A stretch of 64,000 bases of DNA from a virus. Location: positions 1-64,000 of IMG/VR virus record IMGVR_UViG_3300023174_000110; one strand, 5' to 3'. The translations under genes were made by a program, and so were the position numbers. Below the pieces are notes generated by a model, which saw nothing but the letters and a program-made list of their open reading frames with translations, did no database searches and was not told the DNA's origin. Below, piece by piece: positions 16,872-26,767 of the stretch (positions are counted from its first letter, which is position 1; each line of letters starts with the position of its first letter).

Positions 16872-17305
16872 TACTGACCACCTATGAATTTTTCCCAAGA
16901 GATAAAATCTCTCAGTTGCCAAGTTCTTTGTTTTAATTCATTCATAATGGATTCAATGACCGACACACATTCTTCGTGGTATACTTTTTTTTCTAACATC
17001 TTAATTAAATCTAAGTCACCTTCTAAGTAGGCATTGATATCGGATTTTAAAACAAATGAAAATGGTTCCCATCCATTTGCATCCAATTCTTCTTGGCTCA
17101 TACGACCAGAATAGTATTCAATTTTTACTTTACGCATACGTAGGTAATCAAAGTGTGCTTTTTTAGAGGCAATTTTGTGTTTGGTAAGTATGGAGAGATA
17201 TTGGTTGTGTAATTTAGGTATCTTTAACAGTTCTTTACCAGGTTCGGTCTGGTCAATTTCTGTATCTTTTTCCCACAACTTTAATATTTGTTCTAAATTT
17301 TCCAT
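16871..17305 (-). CDS. uvsY: recombination mediator UvsY
   Basis: W..D..ID, IPKLH..Y, YYSG, position next to uvsW. Confidence 0.9.
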   Translation of the reverse strand: MENLEQILKLWEKDTEIDQTEPGKELLKIPKLHNQYLSILTKHKIASKKAHFDYLRMRKVKIEYYSGRMSQEELDANGWEPFSFVLKSDINAYLEGDLDLIKMLEKKVYHEECVSVIESIMNELKQRTWQLRDFISWEKFIGGQ

Positions 17306-17336
17306 AATATATTCAATAATATAACGACAATTCTAC

Positions 17337-17365
17337 ATCATAACACAAATTATGTTAAATGTCAA
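17337..17365 (-). promoter_or_regulatory. sigma70-type promoter for the uvsY-uvsW operon
   Basis: TTGACA-17 nt-TATGAT with TG extension. Confidence 0.7.
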
Positions 17366-17373
17366 TACTTTAG

Positions 17374-17910
17374 TTAAACTTTTTCAAAGTTAAAATAATC
17401 AAATATAAAAACGGCATCACCAGTCATAATGTCATCTGCCGATTGTTTGGTATCAAATAGTATATCTGATAGTGTGATGGGGAACATGTTGAAAAAATGA
17501 ATTCGAATAATTGGATTATTCAAGTTAGACAATACTGTTAATGTGGCATCTGAATATTGTTGTTTGTCAACAGATTTATTATATTGATTTTGTAGTGCTG
17601 TTAACCTATTCCGTTCCTGAAAACTCTCTGGAGATGCGATGGAACGGAACCAAGAGTGTAATTGTTGCCAACCTGATAACGTTTCGTCCAATAAAAAATT
17701 AACACTAAAAGGGTTATACGTGATTTTATTACCAGGCGCAAATATATCCAACATAGGAGTGCTGATTGGAGCTTGTCCTAAATTGATTCCTGGAAGATTT
17801 ACTGACTGACAAAAGTATTGAGTTGTTGTGCCTATACGATCAAAAGTCAACAGAAACTTTGTTGGTTGTAGTAAATTGGTATTTTCGGGAGTTCTGGTTA
17901 ATACTGACAT
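17374..17910 (-). CDS. 3: tail tube terminator gp3
   Basis: N.NLLQPTKF, YFCQSVNLPG, YSDATL, FP..LS; located after gp23. Confidence 0.8.
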   Translation of the reverse strand: MSVLTRTPENTNLLQPTKFLLTFDRIGTTTQYFCQSVNLPGINLGQAPISTPMLDIFAPGNKITYNPFSVNFLLDETLSGWQQLHSWFRSIASPESFQERNRLTALQNQYNKSVDKQQYSDATLTVLSNLNNPIIRIHFFNMFPITLSDILFDTKQSADDIMTGDAVFIFDYFNFEKV

Positions 17911-17955
17911 TGTTGGAACACTTTTTTTATCTTATCATACACCTATTTAGGTCAT

Positions 17956-17986
17956 AAAAAAAGAGACCTCCGTGTGGGAGGTCTCT
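17956..17986 (-). terminator. intrinsic terminator after gp23
   Basis: AGAGACCTCC/GGAGGTCTCT stem plus U7 on the minus strand; second hairpin at about 17988-18014. Confidence 0.85.
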
Positions 17987-18016
17987 CTAAAGGTCACTCT
18001 TGTTGGTGACTTTATA

Positions 18017-19366
18017 TTACATCAAGTTTGCAACTTTGAATATACGATAGTATACGTTAGTTCTTGGTGTAATCTGGTTTGTACCAGCACCGCTTGCCAA
18101 AGCACCTTTAGCAAATGGGTTGGCTACCATGCCGTAACGAGTTTTGAATCCAATCTTTGGTTGGAATGTAAACTGGTCAACAGCACGAACCATTTGGAGA
18201 GGAACGTATGGGCAATAGAACAAGCCAGCATCGTATGGGCTAGAACCCTTATAACCGATAGTAACTAGTTCTTGGTTGCTTGTGTAACCACCAAAGTATG
18301 GGTCAATGTAAACCTTGATACGACCATGGAGTAAACCAGCGAATGTATTGCCAGTATCATCTACTTGCAAATCAGCTTGGAGAGCAGGAGTATATTGCAG
18401 TACACCAGCCATTGCCATAGCAGAAGCAACGTCAGAAGAAACGATCAACACATTACCTTTACCACGGCGAGTTTGCTTAGCAATAACGTTTGCATCACGC
18501 TCGATTTGGAAAATCAAACCTTTGAAACGCTCAACAGACCAACGACCATTGGAGTCTGTGTCTAAGTCAAATGTACCAGCAGTTGTTGTGCCATATTGTG
18601 CACCTGTTACAGCGGACAAATAAATGGTACGAATAACTTCACGGTTAATTTCAGAAAGAATCTCTGTGGACAGAATGTTAGATAATTCTGTTTCAGCATC
18701 AAGACCATGAATTGCTTTCAAGTCTTGTGCAAGTTCTAATGAATATTCAGCTTTCAAAGCACGGCTTTGAGCAGTTACAGTAACTTTCTCAATGCTAAAT
18801 GCCATTTGGCCAAATACGCTGTCAGAGTCAGCGCCAAGATTTTCAGCTGTTGCTGTAGGCATGCCAATACCAGTTGTGAAGGCATTAGCTGTAAAGCTTG
18901 CTACAGGATTTGTGCTAATATCATTATCTGGAGTTGTTGTGCCACGGAAACCGTATGGGTTGGCAACAGAAGAAGCACCAGAGAATACTGTGTTGGCTTC
19001 ATTGAAGAATGCCTCAGAACCAGTTTGATTAGCGTAACGAGCACGCATTGCAAAAATCAAACCGGTAGGACCTGTCATTGGTTGAACACCAGCAACGTCA
19101 TAAGCGATAAGATTTGGCAAAGAACGGCGAACTAAGCTGATCAAAATAGGATCAAAATTGCTGATACCAGAACCGGTAACGTTGGTAGGACCACCTGTAC
19201 CGTATGCTGTTTCATTCAATGTTTGAGCATCTTGAGCCATAGCTTGTTGTTGATTTTCCAAAACAAGAGCTGTAACAGCACGCTTGTATGGGTCTTTAAT
19301 GGCTTCAAGTTCTGGATGTTCCAAAACAGGAGTCCACTTTTTTTGTAGTTCTTCAGTCATATACAT
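18017..19366 (-). CDS. 23: major capsid protein gp23
   Basis: GVQPMTGPTGLIFAMR, SRALKAEYS.ELAQDLKAIHGLDAE, FQPKIGFKTRYG. Confidence 0.99.
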   Translation of the reverse strand: MYMTEELQKKWTPVLEHPELEAIKDPYKRAVTALVLENQQQAMAQDAQTLNETAYGTGGPTNVTGSGISNFDPILISLVRRSLPNLIAYDVAGVQPMTGPTGLIFAMRARYANQTGSEAFFNEANTVFSGASSVANPYGFRGTTTPDNDISTNPVASFTANAFTTGIGMPTATAENLGADSDSVFGQMAFSIEKVTVTAQSRALKAEYSLELAQDLKAIHGLDAETELSNILSTEILSEINREVIRTIYLSAVTGAQYGTTTAGTFDLDTDSNGRWSVERFKGLIFQIERDANVIAKQTRRGKGNVLIVSSDVASAMAMAGVLQYTPALQADLQVDDTGNTFAGLLHGRIKVYIDPYFGGYTSNQELVTIGYKGSSPYDAGLFYCPYVPLQMVRAVDQFTFQPKIGFKTRYGMVANPFAKGALASGAGTNQITPRTNVYYRIFKVANLM

Positions 19367-19396
19367 TTTTTGTTTTCCTTTTTTGTATATTAGTTA

Positions 19397-20587
19397 TTAT
19401 TTGTTTACAGTTTGTGAAATTGCTTTCGAGTAAACTTCCATTAAAGGATCGGAAGATTTTACAACCTTCTTTTCTTCTTCAATTTGGACTTCATCATCCA
19501 AAGCAGAACTATCAGCAGAAACTACTGGATTTTTGAAATATGATTCTTTCAATGTTTCCATTTTTTCTGTAAATTCTTCCTCAGTAGTAAACTCAACACT
19601 CTCTGCGAGTGATTTCATTTTTTCTACTTGGGTCTGCGTTAGGCCTTCACACGCTGCGTAAATAGCCTCAAACTTTTTGTGCTCATTGAGTTCTTTTTTC
19701 AACTCAATAGCAGATTTAATTTGTTCGTTATAAGCTTCTTCAAGCTCTTCTACCTTGGCAGTAAGCTCTTCTACAACATCTACCTTTTCGGCAGGAATAT
19801 CAATATAGTGCTCTTCAAACAAACCTTTTAATCCTGTAATAAAATCTTCAACGATTTCAGCACGGAGGCCTTTTTCGATGGCGATTTCGTTGTCTTTAAC
19901 CCATTCTTCAACCATGTAGTTGAGATAGTCATCAACTTTAGTTGCCATTTCTTCTTTAATTTCTTCAATGGCAGCTTCGAATTGCTCAGTTAAAGCTTCT
20001 TCGGCTTCAGCAATAACTTCTTCAGCACGTGCAATAACTGCGGCTTCAAAAATTGTAGTTGCTTTGGCAACAAATTCTTCAGAAAGGTTTTCTCCAGATA
20101 TTAAAGCATCAATATCTTCTTTCATTTTTTCTTTCTTAAGCATTTTTTTAATCATGGCTTTATCTTCTTTCTCATCTTCGTGGCCTTCTTCTTTTTCGGC
20201 CTCAACAATAACTTCTTCATCAGAATCAGTTTCTTCGTATTGTTGAACGCCAACAGAATTTTTATTTAAAGGCATTTGATTTTTACCCGTTTTACCTTCT
20301 GGATGTTCTACAGAACCCTGTTCAGCAGGCTGACCTTTGAGTTTTTTCATTGGCTCAGAACCTATAGGAGGAGTTGCACCAGGAGCGCTTGCTGTTGGAG
20401 CGCCTTTGGTTGCATCTGGACCACCATCGGTTGTTTTGGTAACTTCCGTGCCAATGTCACCAGCTTCTTTGGTACCATAGGCTACTTCACCACCTAATTT
20501 CTGTGGTTTGTCTTGACCGGATTTTTTACCGTTTACTGTCGCATTAAGAATTTCTTTAGCGGCTTCGGACAGATTAAATTTTCCCAT
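19397..20587 (-). CDS. 22: prohead core scaffold protein gp22
   Basis: Acidic coiled coil, IFEAAV, VDDYLNY..EEW..N. Confidence 0.92.
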   Translation of the reverse strand: MGKFNLSEAAKEILNATVNGKKSGQDKPQKLGGEVAYGTKEAGDIGTEVTKTTDGGPDATKGAPTASAPGATPPIGSEPMKKLKGQPAEQGSVEHPEGKTGKNQMPLNKNSVGVQQYEETDSDEEVIVEAEKEEGHEDEKEDKAMIKKMLKKEKMKEDIDALISGENLSEEFVAKATTIFEAAVIARAEEVIAEAEEALTEQFEAAIEEIKEEMATKVDDYLNYMVEEWVKDNEIAIEKGLRAEIVEDFITGLKGLFEEHYIDIPAEKVDVVEELTAKVEELEEAYNEQIKSAIELKKELNEHKKFEAIYAACEGLTQTQVEKMKSLAESVEFTTEEEFTEKMETLKESYFKNPVVSADSSALDDEVQIEEEKKVVKSSDPLMEVYSKAISQTVNK

Positions 20588-20615
20588 TTTGAAAATCTCC
20601 TTGATTTATATTGGA

Positions 20616-20623
20616 TATTTATA
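20616..20623 (-). promoter_or_regulatory. T4 late promoter
   Basis: TATAAATA upstream of gp22. Confidence 0.8.
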
Positions 20624-20624
20624 A

Positions 20625-21269
20625 TTAAAGTTTTTTGACGAGTGATTCCCAAATGCGTAGACTCACTTCTTCAATTTCTCTTTGTGAAGCTTTTTTAATT
20701 GCTTGTCTAGCTTCAGAGAATTGCTGTTCTGTCCATACACCGTTGACCAACACCCATTCTTTGCCTTCCATAATACCGTGAACGAAAGCATTTGGAGCAG
20801 AGGGGTCTGCTACAATATCCGCCGCTGTGGCCAGATGAAAATCATCTTGAACTATGTTAACACCATTAACATTTTTAAGAGAACCCATACCACGGGAAGA
20901 TACTCCAATTTGAGCTCCTCCTTCGATTAAGCTCTTAACAATATTGCCCATAGGTGTGTCAAGAATCTTTGCTTTGCCTATCCAATCATTACCTTCTTGG
21001 CGGAGACCCACAACCATGTGTGAAACTCTGTCGAGATTGATAGATGGAGTGTCTGGATGACCCAGCTCACCAAAGGCACGATTTTTATTAATGTATTGTT
21101 CAGTATATCTTTGCACTTCTTTGACCATAGTTTCTTTTAAATACTTGCGACCATTGCGGTTTACCACTTCTGCTTGAAGAAATGGGCCCTCAATATAAAG
21201 TGCCTTCTTGCCGTCTTTTTCTTCAGCAAGATAATTTAATGTTTCGGTGACTTCTGTTATTAACTTCAT
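20625..21269 (-). CDS. 21: prohead protease gp21
   Basis: NRNGR.Y, GELGHP, GVSSRGMGS, DIVADPSAP. Confidence 0.97.
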   Translation of the reverse strand: MKLITEVTETLNYLAEEKDGKKALYIEGPFLQAEVVNRNGRKYLKETMVKEVQRYTEQYINKNRAFGELGHPDTPSINLDRVSHMVVGLRQEGNDWIGKAKILDTPMGNIVKSLIEGGAQIGVSSRGMGSLKNVNGVNIVQDDFHLATAADIVADPSAPNAFVHGIMEGKEWVLVNGVWTEQQFSEARQAIKKASQREIEEVSLRIWESLVKKL

Positions 21270-21661
21270 CGTAGTCCCATTGCCTTTCTTTTTCTTAAAG
21301 ACATTTGCCGTTTTCTCAACGATTGTCTTAACTTACTTCTTCGTTTAAACTTAGAACGCCTGGCTGCCATTTTTCTTCGTCTGCGTTCTTGTGGTGACAT
21401 TCTTACTAAACGACCACCACGAATCGTATAACCAGGTACTGCCGCTTTTTTAACCCTTCGTTGAATTTTTCCTCCACGGAATCGTACACGAATAAGTTTA
21501 GTTCTACCTATTTTTTGTATATTACCTTCGTTCAATTCTGCTGACAAACGCATTTTAATCTGATTAAATTTTTCATTAACCAGATTTATAATGTGTTTAT
21601 CTAATATTTTTTCTGCTTCTACCAGATTATTAGATAATAATTTGGCAATAAATTCTTTCAT
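21266..21661 (-). CDS. Arg-rich prohead core protein (gp68-like)
   Basis: Highly basic C-terminus directly upstream of gp21. Confidence 0.6.
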   Translation of the reverse strand: MKEFIAKLLSNNLVEAEKILDKHIINLVNEKFNQIKMRLSAELNEGNIQKIGRTKLIRVRFRGGKIQRRVKKAAVPGYTIRGGRLVRMSPQERRRRKMAARRSKFKRRSKLRQSLRKRQMSLRKRKAMGLR

Positions 21662-22191
21662 TATGGCGTTAAATCATATGGTGTATAATTAAACGCAGCC
21701 GGATCATTAAACTGTCCACGCTGATAATGGGCATTGTCTTTACGCAACTCTAATATGATAGTATAACTGGCATTGGCCAATTGACCTCTGGATCGAATAG
21801 CAATATCTCCATTATTATTACCTGTTACTGTTGGATTTTTAATTGTAATCCAATTTCCATTACCATCATATTCACCATTACCCTGTAGGAAAACGATTGG
21901 AATACCATCTCCTGCATCAGAACTTGCTGTATTTCTCCAATATAATTGAACATCACCAACGGATGTATCCACATCATACCACAAACGATGCACAGTCAAA
22001 CCATAATATGATTTTGCAGTACCACCAACATTTAATAAAGTATCTGTGGTATTTAATGCACCATATAAGGTGTTTGCTTGAATTCGAGCCACGTTATTTT
22101 CTTGGCCACTACCATCAAATTCGCCAGTTATTTTAATAACAGCGTGTTGAGTATCGTCTTTTAAAACTTGGTATGAAAATCGATTTGCCAT
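21661..22191 (-). CDS. hypothetical virion protein
   Basis: Beta-rich ORF in the head cluster. Confidence 0.65.
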   Translation of the reverse strand: MANRFSYQVLKDDTQHAVIKITGEFDGSGQENNVARIQANTLYGALNTTDTLLNVGGTAKSYYGLTVHRLWYDVDTSVGDVQLYWRNTASSDAGDGIPIVFLQGNGEYDGNGNWITIKNPTVTGNNNGDIAIRSRGQLANASYTIILELRKDNAHYQRGQFNDPAAFNYTPYDLTP

Positions 22192-22194
22192 TTT

Positions 22195-22416
22195 TTATTC
22201 CTGTTTAAATTCTTCTGGTATGGAAGAGGACCATGTCATAGATTCATATGGTATGGTCACATATTTATTAATTTTATCCACATAATACAATGCTACTTTT
22301 TGACCATTGGGAAACAACCTAATAGATTGCCTTTTCATAATTAAAATATTTGGCGGATCTTGTTCAGCCTTATTCTTTTTTTCACAAAGATTATAAAAAT
22401 CTTTAAGCGTTTTCAA
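22195..22416 (-). CDS. hypothetical protein (likely TTG start)
   Basis: DPPNILIMKRQSIRLFPNGQKVALYY; start overlaps the upstream gene end. Confidence 0.55.
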   Translation of the reverse strand: MKTLKDFYNLCEKKNKAEQDPPNILIMKRQSIRLFPNGQKVALYYVDKINKYVTIPYESMTWSSSIPEEFKQE

Positions 22417-22642
22417 TCTCTTGTTCCTGTTCTTGGTCTTGTGCCTGTGATGGTTCAATGGCCACATCTTGTGCTGTAGCCAAAGGATCTTCAACAGGTC
22501 TTAACATGTTTTGTGCTATCTCTTGTTTTTTGGCATCCAAATGTGCCATTACTCTATTTTGTATATCACTATACAAAGCATCTCGCATTTCTTTTGCGTT
22601 ATCGTCATATGCGTAATCAACAATTGCTTTTGTATTTTCCAT
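22403..22642 (-). CDS. acidic prohead core protein (gp67-like)
   Basis: Small acidic ORF immediately after portal, with its own late promoter. Confidence 0.6.
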   Translation of the reverse strand: MENTKAIVDYAYDDNAKEMRDALYSDIQNRVMAHLDAKKQEIAQNMLRPVEDPLATAQDVAIEPSQAQDQEQEQEIENA

Positions 22643-22661
22643 TATTTTTCTCCAATCAAAA

Positions 22662-22669
22662 TATTTATA
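22662..22669 (-). promoter_or_regulatory. T4 late promoter
   Basis: TATAAATA at the end of gp20. Confidence 0.75.
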
Positions 22670-24359
22670 GTATTTGTTTTAATTTACCAAAAGTACCAAC
22701 TGATTCTTTAACTTTAGAAGCCGCTTTTGCTTGTTGCATTGCTTGATCAGCTGCTTGTTGTTGTAAGTCCATTTGGTGTTGTTGGTCATCAGGATTTTGT
22801 GGTTGTTGTGGTACTTGTGCCATCATCGACTGTTGTGCCACATCATTCATAACACCAACAGGTAATCCAAGACCATCTTTTTTCTCTTTCTCGATTTCTT
22901 TTTCCATTTTCTTAATATCATCATCATTCAAACGTAGTACATTTCTTTGAATCCACGCTTGAGAAAAATAACGACCAGTATACGGATCAACAGAGCCCAA
23001 CAATTGTAACCTGTTTGTCATTAATTCTGCTTCTTTTAATTCGCTAAAATTGTTATCTTTAATAAAATCGTAATAAATGTTTTCTTTAAAATCCAACCAT
23101 TCATCAGCTGTACAAATTCCTTTTAATACACATTGTACTCTAAGTGCTTGATCAAATATATCAGAAAATTTATTACGAACTCTATCTACAAATTTAGAAA
23201 ATTTCAATTCGTCACGAGTTACTTCTGCTACACGGCCAATTGAAAATCCTTGATTAGGTTCTAAACGAGAAATTGGTACAGAAAGAGCACCATATAATTT
23301 CTTTTGAAAGTATTTTACATCTTCCAATTCGCCTAAATTTTGGCCACCCGGTAACGTGGTAATTTCTGTGCCTTTACCACCTTCACGGCGAGGCAACCAA
23401 AAATCTTCCATCATTGACAAGAATTTGCGGTCATCACGAACTTCACCAGTGTTTGCATCATATACTAGTTTGTTCTTATACTTGACCATAATGTCACGCA
23501 GATATTGTTCTGCTTTTAACTTAGGTAAATTACCTACATCAATATAAAATATACGGCGCTCTGGTGCTCGTGAAATACGATAGATAACTGTAGCATCTTC
23601 AATCATACGTAATTGATTAAGTGGCTTAATTGCTTTATGTAAATAAGACAACACAACAGCACGGCGAGAATCCATTAATCCAGAAACAACTGAAATGATA
23701 GAATCTGTTGTAATTCGTACACCAACAGGACCATAATTAGTGGAACTGCCTGTAACTACTTTGTCGTTGTAAATATAATATTCATTTGCCACATGAACAA
23801 TTTCAGCGCCAGTTTTTTCATCTTTTTGTTTTCTTAATTCACGAACTTTTCTTAGTTTTCGTGGATCAATATATCTTAATTCTTTAATACCAGCAACAGG
23901 ATTTTCTTTATCGATAATTACATTATAATATAATCGTCCATCAATATAATATCTGCGAAAAATATCTTGAGCCATATTATTGTAATTTAATAATTTCAAA
24001 ATATTTTCAAACTCATCTTTAATTGCTTTTTTAATTTTATCAGGTTGATTTAAATTATCTAAAACAATATTAATGGTTTTACCATCATCATCTTGCACAA
24101 TAGCTTCATTTACAATATCATCTATTGCAGATTCAATTTCTGGTTGCATAGCCATTTCTCTGTAACGAGAAATTAATTCCACCTCATTTTTGGCCGTACC
24201 ATCCAAATCAACATATGTTCCATAATATGCAGCTGATTGTATAGTTAATGCACCATCTTCATTTGCAGGAACCGTAAAAGACGGTTGTGCTGATTTTTCG
24301 CTTTCGGATTTATTCCGTGCGATTGTGAAACCAAAAAGAGAGAATTTGTTATCCGCCAT
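22665..24359 (-). CDS. 20: portal protein gp20
   Basis: YRISRAPERRIFYIDVGNLPK, EDFWLPRREGGKGTEITTLPGGQ. Confidence 0.99.
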   Translation of the reverse strand: MADNKFSLFGFTIARNKSESEKSAQPSFTVPANEDGALTIQSAAYYGTYVDLDGTAKNEVELISRYREMAMQPEIESAIDDIVNEAIVQDDDGKTINIVLDNLNQPDKIKKAIKDEFENILKLLNYNNMAQDIFRRYYIDGRLYYNVIIDKENPVAGIKELRYIDPRKLRKVRELRKQKDEKTGAEIVHVANEYYIYNDKVVTGSSTNYGPVGVRITTDSIISVVSGLMDSRRAVVLSYLHKAIKPLNQLRMIEDATVIYRISRAPERRIFYIDVGNLPKLKAEQYLRDIMVKYKNKLVYDANTGEVRDDRKFLSMMEDFWLPRREGGKGTEITTLPGGQNLGELEDVKYFQKKLYGALSVPISRLEPNQGFSIGRVAEVTRDELKFSKFVDRVRNKFSDIFDQALRVQCVLKGICTADEWLDFKENIYYDFIKDNNFSELKEAELMTNRLQLLGSVDPYTGRYFSQAWIQRNVLRLNDDDIKKMEKEIEKEKKDGLGLPVGVMNDVAQQSMMAQVPQQPQNPDDQQHQMDLQQQAADQAMQQAKAASKVKESVGTFGKLKQIL

Positions 24360-24391
24360 ATTGTTTATTTTTCCATTTCAATTAAACATAA

Positions 24392-24410
24392 ATGGGGTAA
24401 AATACCCCAT
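24392..24410. terminator. hairpin between gp19 and gp20
   Basis: ATGGGGTA-AAA-TACCCCAT. Confidence 0.6.
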
Positions 24411-24421
24411 ATAAAAACATA

Positions 24422-24964
24422 TTAAGAAGTAGTATCTGATTCCCAATATTGGAATGCAAATGTTGTTGCATATTCTTCTATAGAATCATTTGAGCCCCAA
24501 TCCAAATCAATTGGTGCTATGTCTACAGGAAACAAACCAACAAATTTATATTTTTTCAATTCTTGTCCGGCTTTACCATATTGAGTAACTTCGGCATCAA
24601 CTGAATAATTTGAAGGATTTACAGCACCAGGATTTCTTACGTTTGATACATGACTGTTGATTGAATTCATCCACGATTCTAATGCATTGCGGATTAAAAA
24701 ATCTTCGTCATTAATAATTTGTAATGTCCAATCTGTAAATGTTCTATTACCAGCAAACTTTAATTCACGTCCAAAGTAATACAATGGAAAGCTATTAATT
24801 GTTGAACCAGGTAATTGTGCTGTTTTGGCCATAAAAGTTGTTTTTTGGCCAGCTGCAACACCGTTTGTTGCTACTGTTGGAAATGTTAAAGAGACCTTAA
24901 ATAGATTAGGACGAGCTCCGTCACCAATCATATTTGCTCTAAATTCTGCTACATTGAATGCCAT
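24422..24964 (-). CDS. 19: tail tube protein gp19
   Basis: ARPNLF, GRELKFAGNRTF.DW, NDEDF. Confidence 0.96.
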   Translation of the reverse strand: MAFNVAEFRANMIGDGARPNLFKVSLTFPTVATNGVAAGQKTTFMAKTAQLPGSTINSFPLYYFGRELKFAGNRTFTDWTLQIINDEDFLIRNALESWMNSINSHVSNVRNPGAVNPSNYSVDAEVTQYGKAGQELKKYKFVGLFPVDIAPIDLDWGSNDSIEEYATTFAFQYWESDTTS

Positions 24965-24993
24965 TTAATTTCTCCTATTATTCTTAGTATTTA

Positions 24994-26697
24994 TTAGACA
25001 GCACCAACAACTGTTGTGAAGTCAACACCAGTTCCAACAGCAACAAAGTTCAATTGGATGAAATTGACTGAACGAGCAGGTTTGATGAAAATATCACCAA
25101 CAAATTGATTAGAATCAATAACTTGTGGAGTATTATTTGTTGTATCACATACAACCTTAAAGTCTGTTATACCACGGCGACCTTGAACATCCCGTAAGAA
25201 TGGAGTTACTAATGCAACAAACTGAGCTCGTGTAAATTCATCGTTATATTCAAACAATGAATATTTTGCAGCTTCAGCAATTGCTTTTTCAAGAACAATA
25301 AACAATCTACGGACATTGATTCGGTCAAATGCGGACGGTTTTGATTGTAATGTTTTATCGCCAAACAAAACAATTCCTTGGCCAGCCAAAGACACAACAG
25401 GATTAACACCAGCCGAATATAATACATCTCTTTGGGTTTTATTTGGATTCCAAGCCAATTTAATTGCATTTTTAAGTTGACCACGATTTAATCCAGCGGG
25501 CGAGAACCATGGATCACGAACTGTATCGGTATTAACACAGAGACCGGCAACATCACCGTTTAATGGAATCCAACGATATGTATTGTTATACTTGTCATAC
25601 ATATATTTAAATCCACTATCAGCCACAACATATGAACTTGACCGAGCTAACGATGCTAACCATGTTGTAATACCTGCTGTAGGAGTATCTCCAATGCCAT
25701 CAATTGCAGTGAATGGAGGTGAAATGAATCCTACACAATCTTTTCGTGAATTTACAATGTTATCAATAACATATTGTTGTAATTCTGTAGTGGCACCACC
25801 AGTTAAAACTAAAGAAATATTAGTTTCTTCTTTATTGGCAAACAAATCATAACCTTGTTGATATTGATTTAATGCAGGAACAGCATCATCAACAAATTCA
25901 ACCAAAGAAGCATCAGCTAAAGGAATACTTAAATTTGTTGTTAAATTTGTAAAATTAGTATTTGCAGCTGAAGAACCCCAAGACAAATAAGTAGAACCAT
26001 AACTTGGAGGGTCCATGGCATAAACATATTTTGATTTATTAAAAATTACATTTTTATAATAATTTGAAGAACCATTGATTGAAGCATCAGATGCTCTTGA
26101 CAAAAACGCATAAGTTTCTAATACAGTTCCTTGTGATCCAGTAAATTTACCGCCAGAATCTATTACAATAACGTGGAGTTCATCATTAGAACCTCCAACC
26201 GATGCCGCATATTCAGAAGTTCCTGGTGCACTGGTAAAATACGATTTATATGCCCAAGAGCTGAATAGTGATGTGTTTGCACAAACATGTACATCCAAAG
26301 AATTCCCTAAAGAACCAGGATACCGAGCAGCAAAAGCACCATAACGATTATTGTTGTTATTATTTAAATAAAGATATTGAAATACATCTTCATTTGCAAT
26401 TTGCAATACAGAATTTGCTGTTGCATTAGATACGTTGGCTTCAACAGCCCGAACAACACTTAAATTATTTCCATATGATAAAAAACTTGCTGCAGTGAAA
26501 AAAGATGCAGCTGTATTGTTGGTTGGACTTCCAAATGTTTGTTTTAAGGTTGATTCGTTGTCCACAAGAATTATTTTTTTTGCTGGCCCCCACGCAAAAT
26601 TTCCAACAAAAGCACCGGCCGTAGTTAGAATCGAAGGAACGACTGTAGTTAAGTCAACCTCGGAAACGTTTACGCCTGGAGAGATTTGAAACGCCAT
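24994..26697 (-). CDS. 18: tail sheath protein gp18
   Basis: MAFQISPGV, PWFSPAG.NRG, FDRINVRRLF, IKPARS.NFI; start moved to MAFQ (AAGGAG upstream). Confidence 0.97.
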   Translation of the reverse strand: MAFQISPGVNVSEVDLTTVVPSILTTAGAFVGNFAWGPAKKIILVDNESTLKQTFGSPTNNTAASFFTAASFLSYGNNLSVVRAVEANVSNATANSVLQIANEDVFQYLYLNNNNNNRYGAFAARYPGSLGNSLDVHVCANTSLFSSWAYKSYFTSAPGTSEYAASVGGSNDELHVIVIDSGGKFTGSQGTVLETYAFLSRASDASINGSSNYYKNVIFNKSKYVYAMDPPSYGSTYLSWGSSAANTNFTNLTTNLSIPLADASLVEFVDDAVPALNQYQQGYDLFANKEETNISLVLTGGATTELQQYVIDNIVNSRKDCVGFISPPFTAIDGIGDTPTAGITTWLASLARSSSYVVADSGFKYMYDKYNNTYRWIPLNGDVAGLCVNTDTVRDPWFSPAGLNRGQLKNAIKLAWNPNKTQRDVLYSAGVNPVVSLAGQGIVLFGDKTLQSKPSAFDRINVRRLFIVLEKAIAEAAKYSLFEYNDEFTRAQFVALVTPFLRDVQGRRGITDFKVVCDTTNNTPQVIDSNQFVGDIFIKPARSVNFIQLNFVAVGTGVDFTTVVGAV

Positions 26698-26748
26698 TTT
26701 ATTCTCCTTAAATATGATGTTATTCTGGCAGTTATAATACCATAGCAA

Positions 26749-26756
26749 TATTTATC
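26749..26756 (-). promoter_or_regulatory. late promoter variant (GATAAATA)
   Basis: nnTAAATA upstream of gp18; similar variants at 1496, 17944, 24988, 31527, 35323, 50297, 51120 and 61236. Confidence 0.6.
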
Positions 26757-26767
26757 AACCGTAGGAT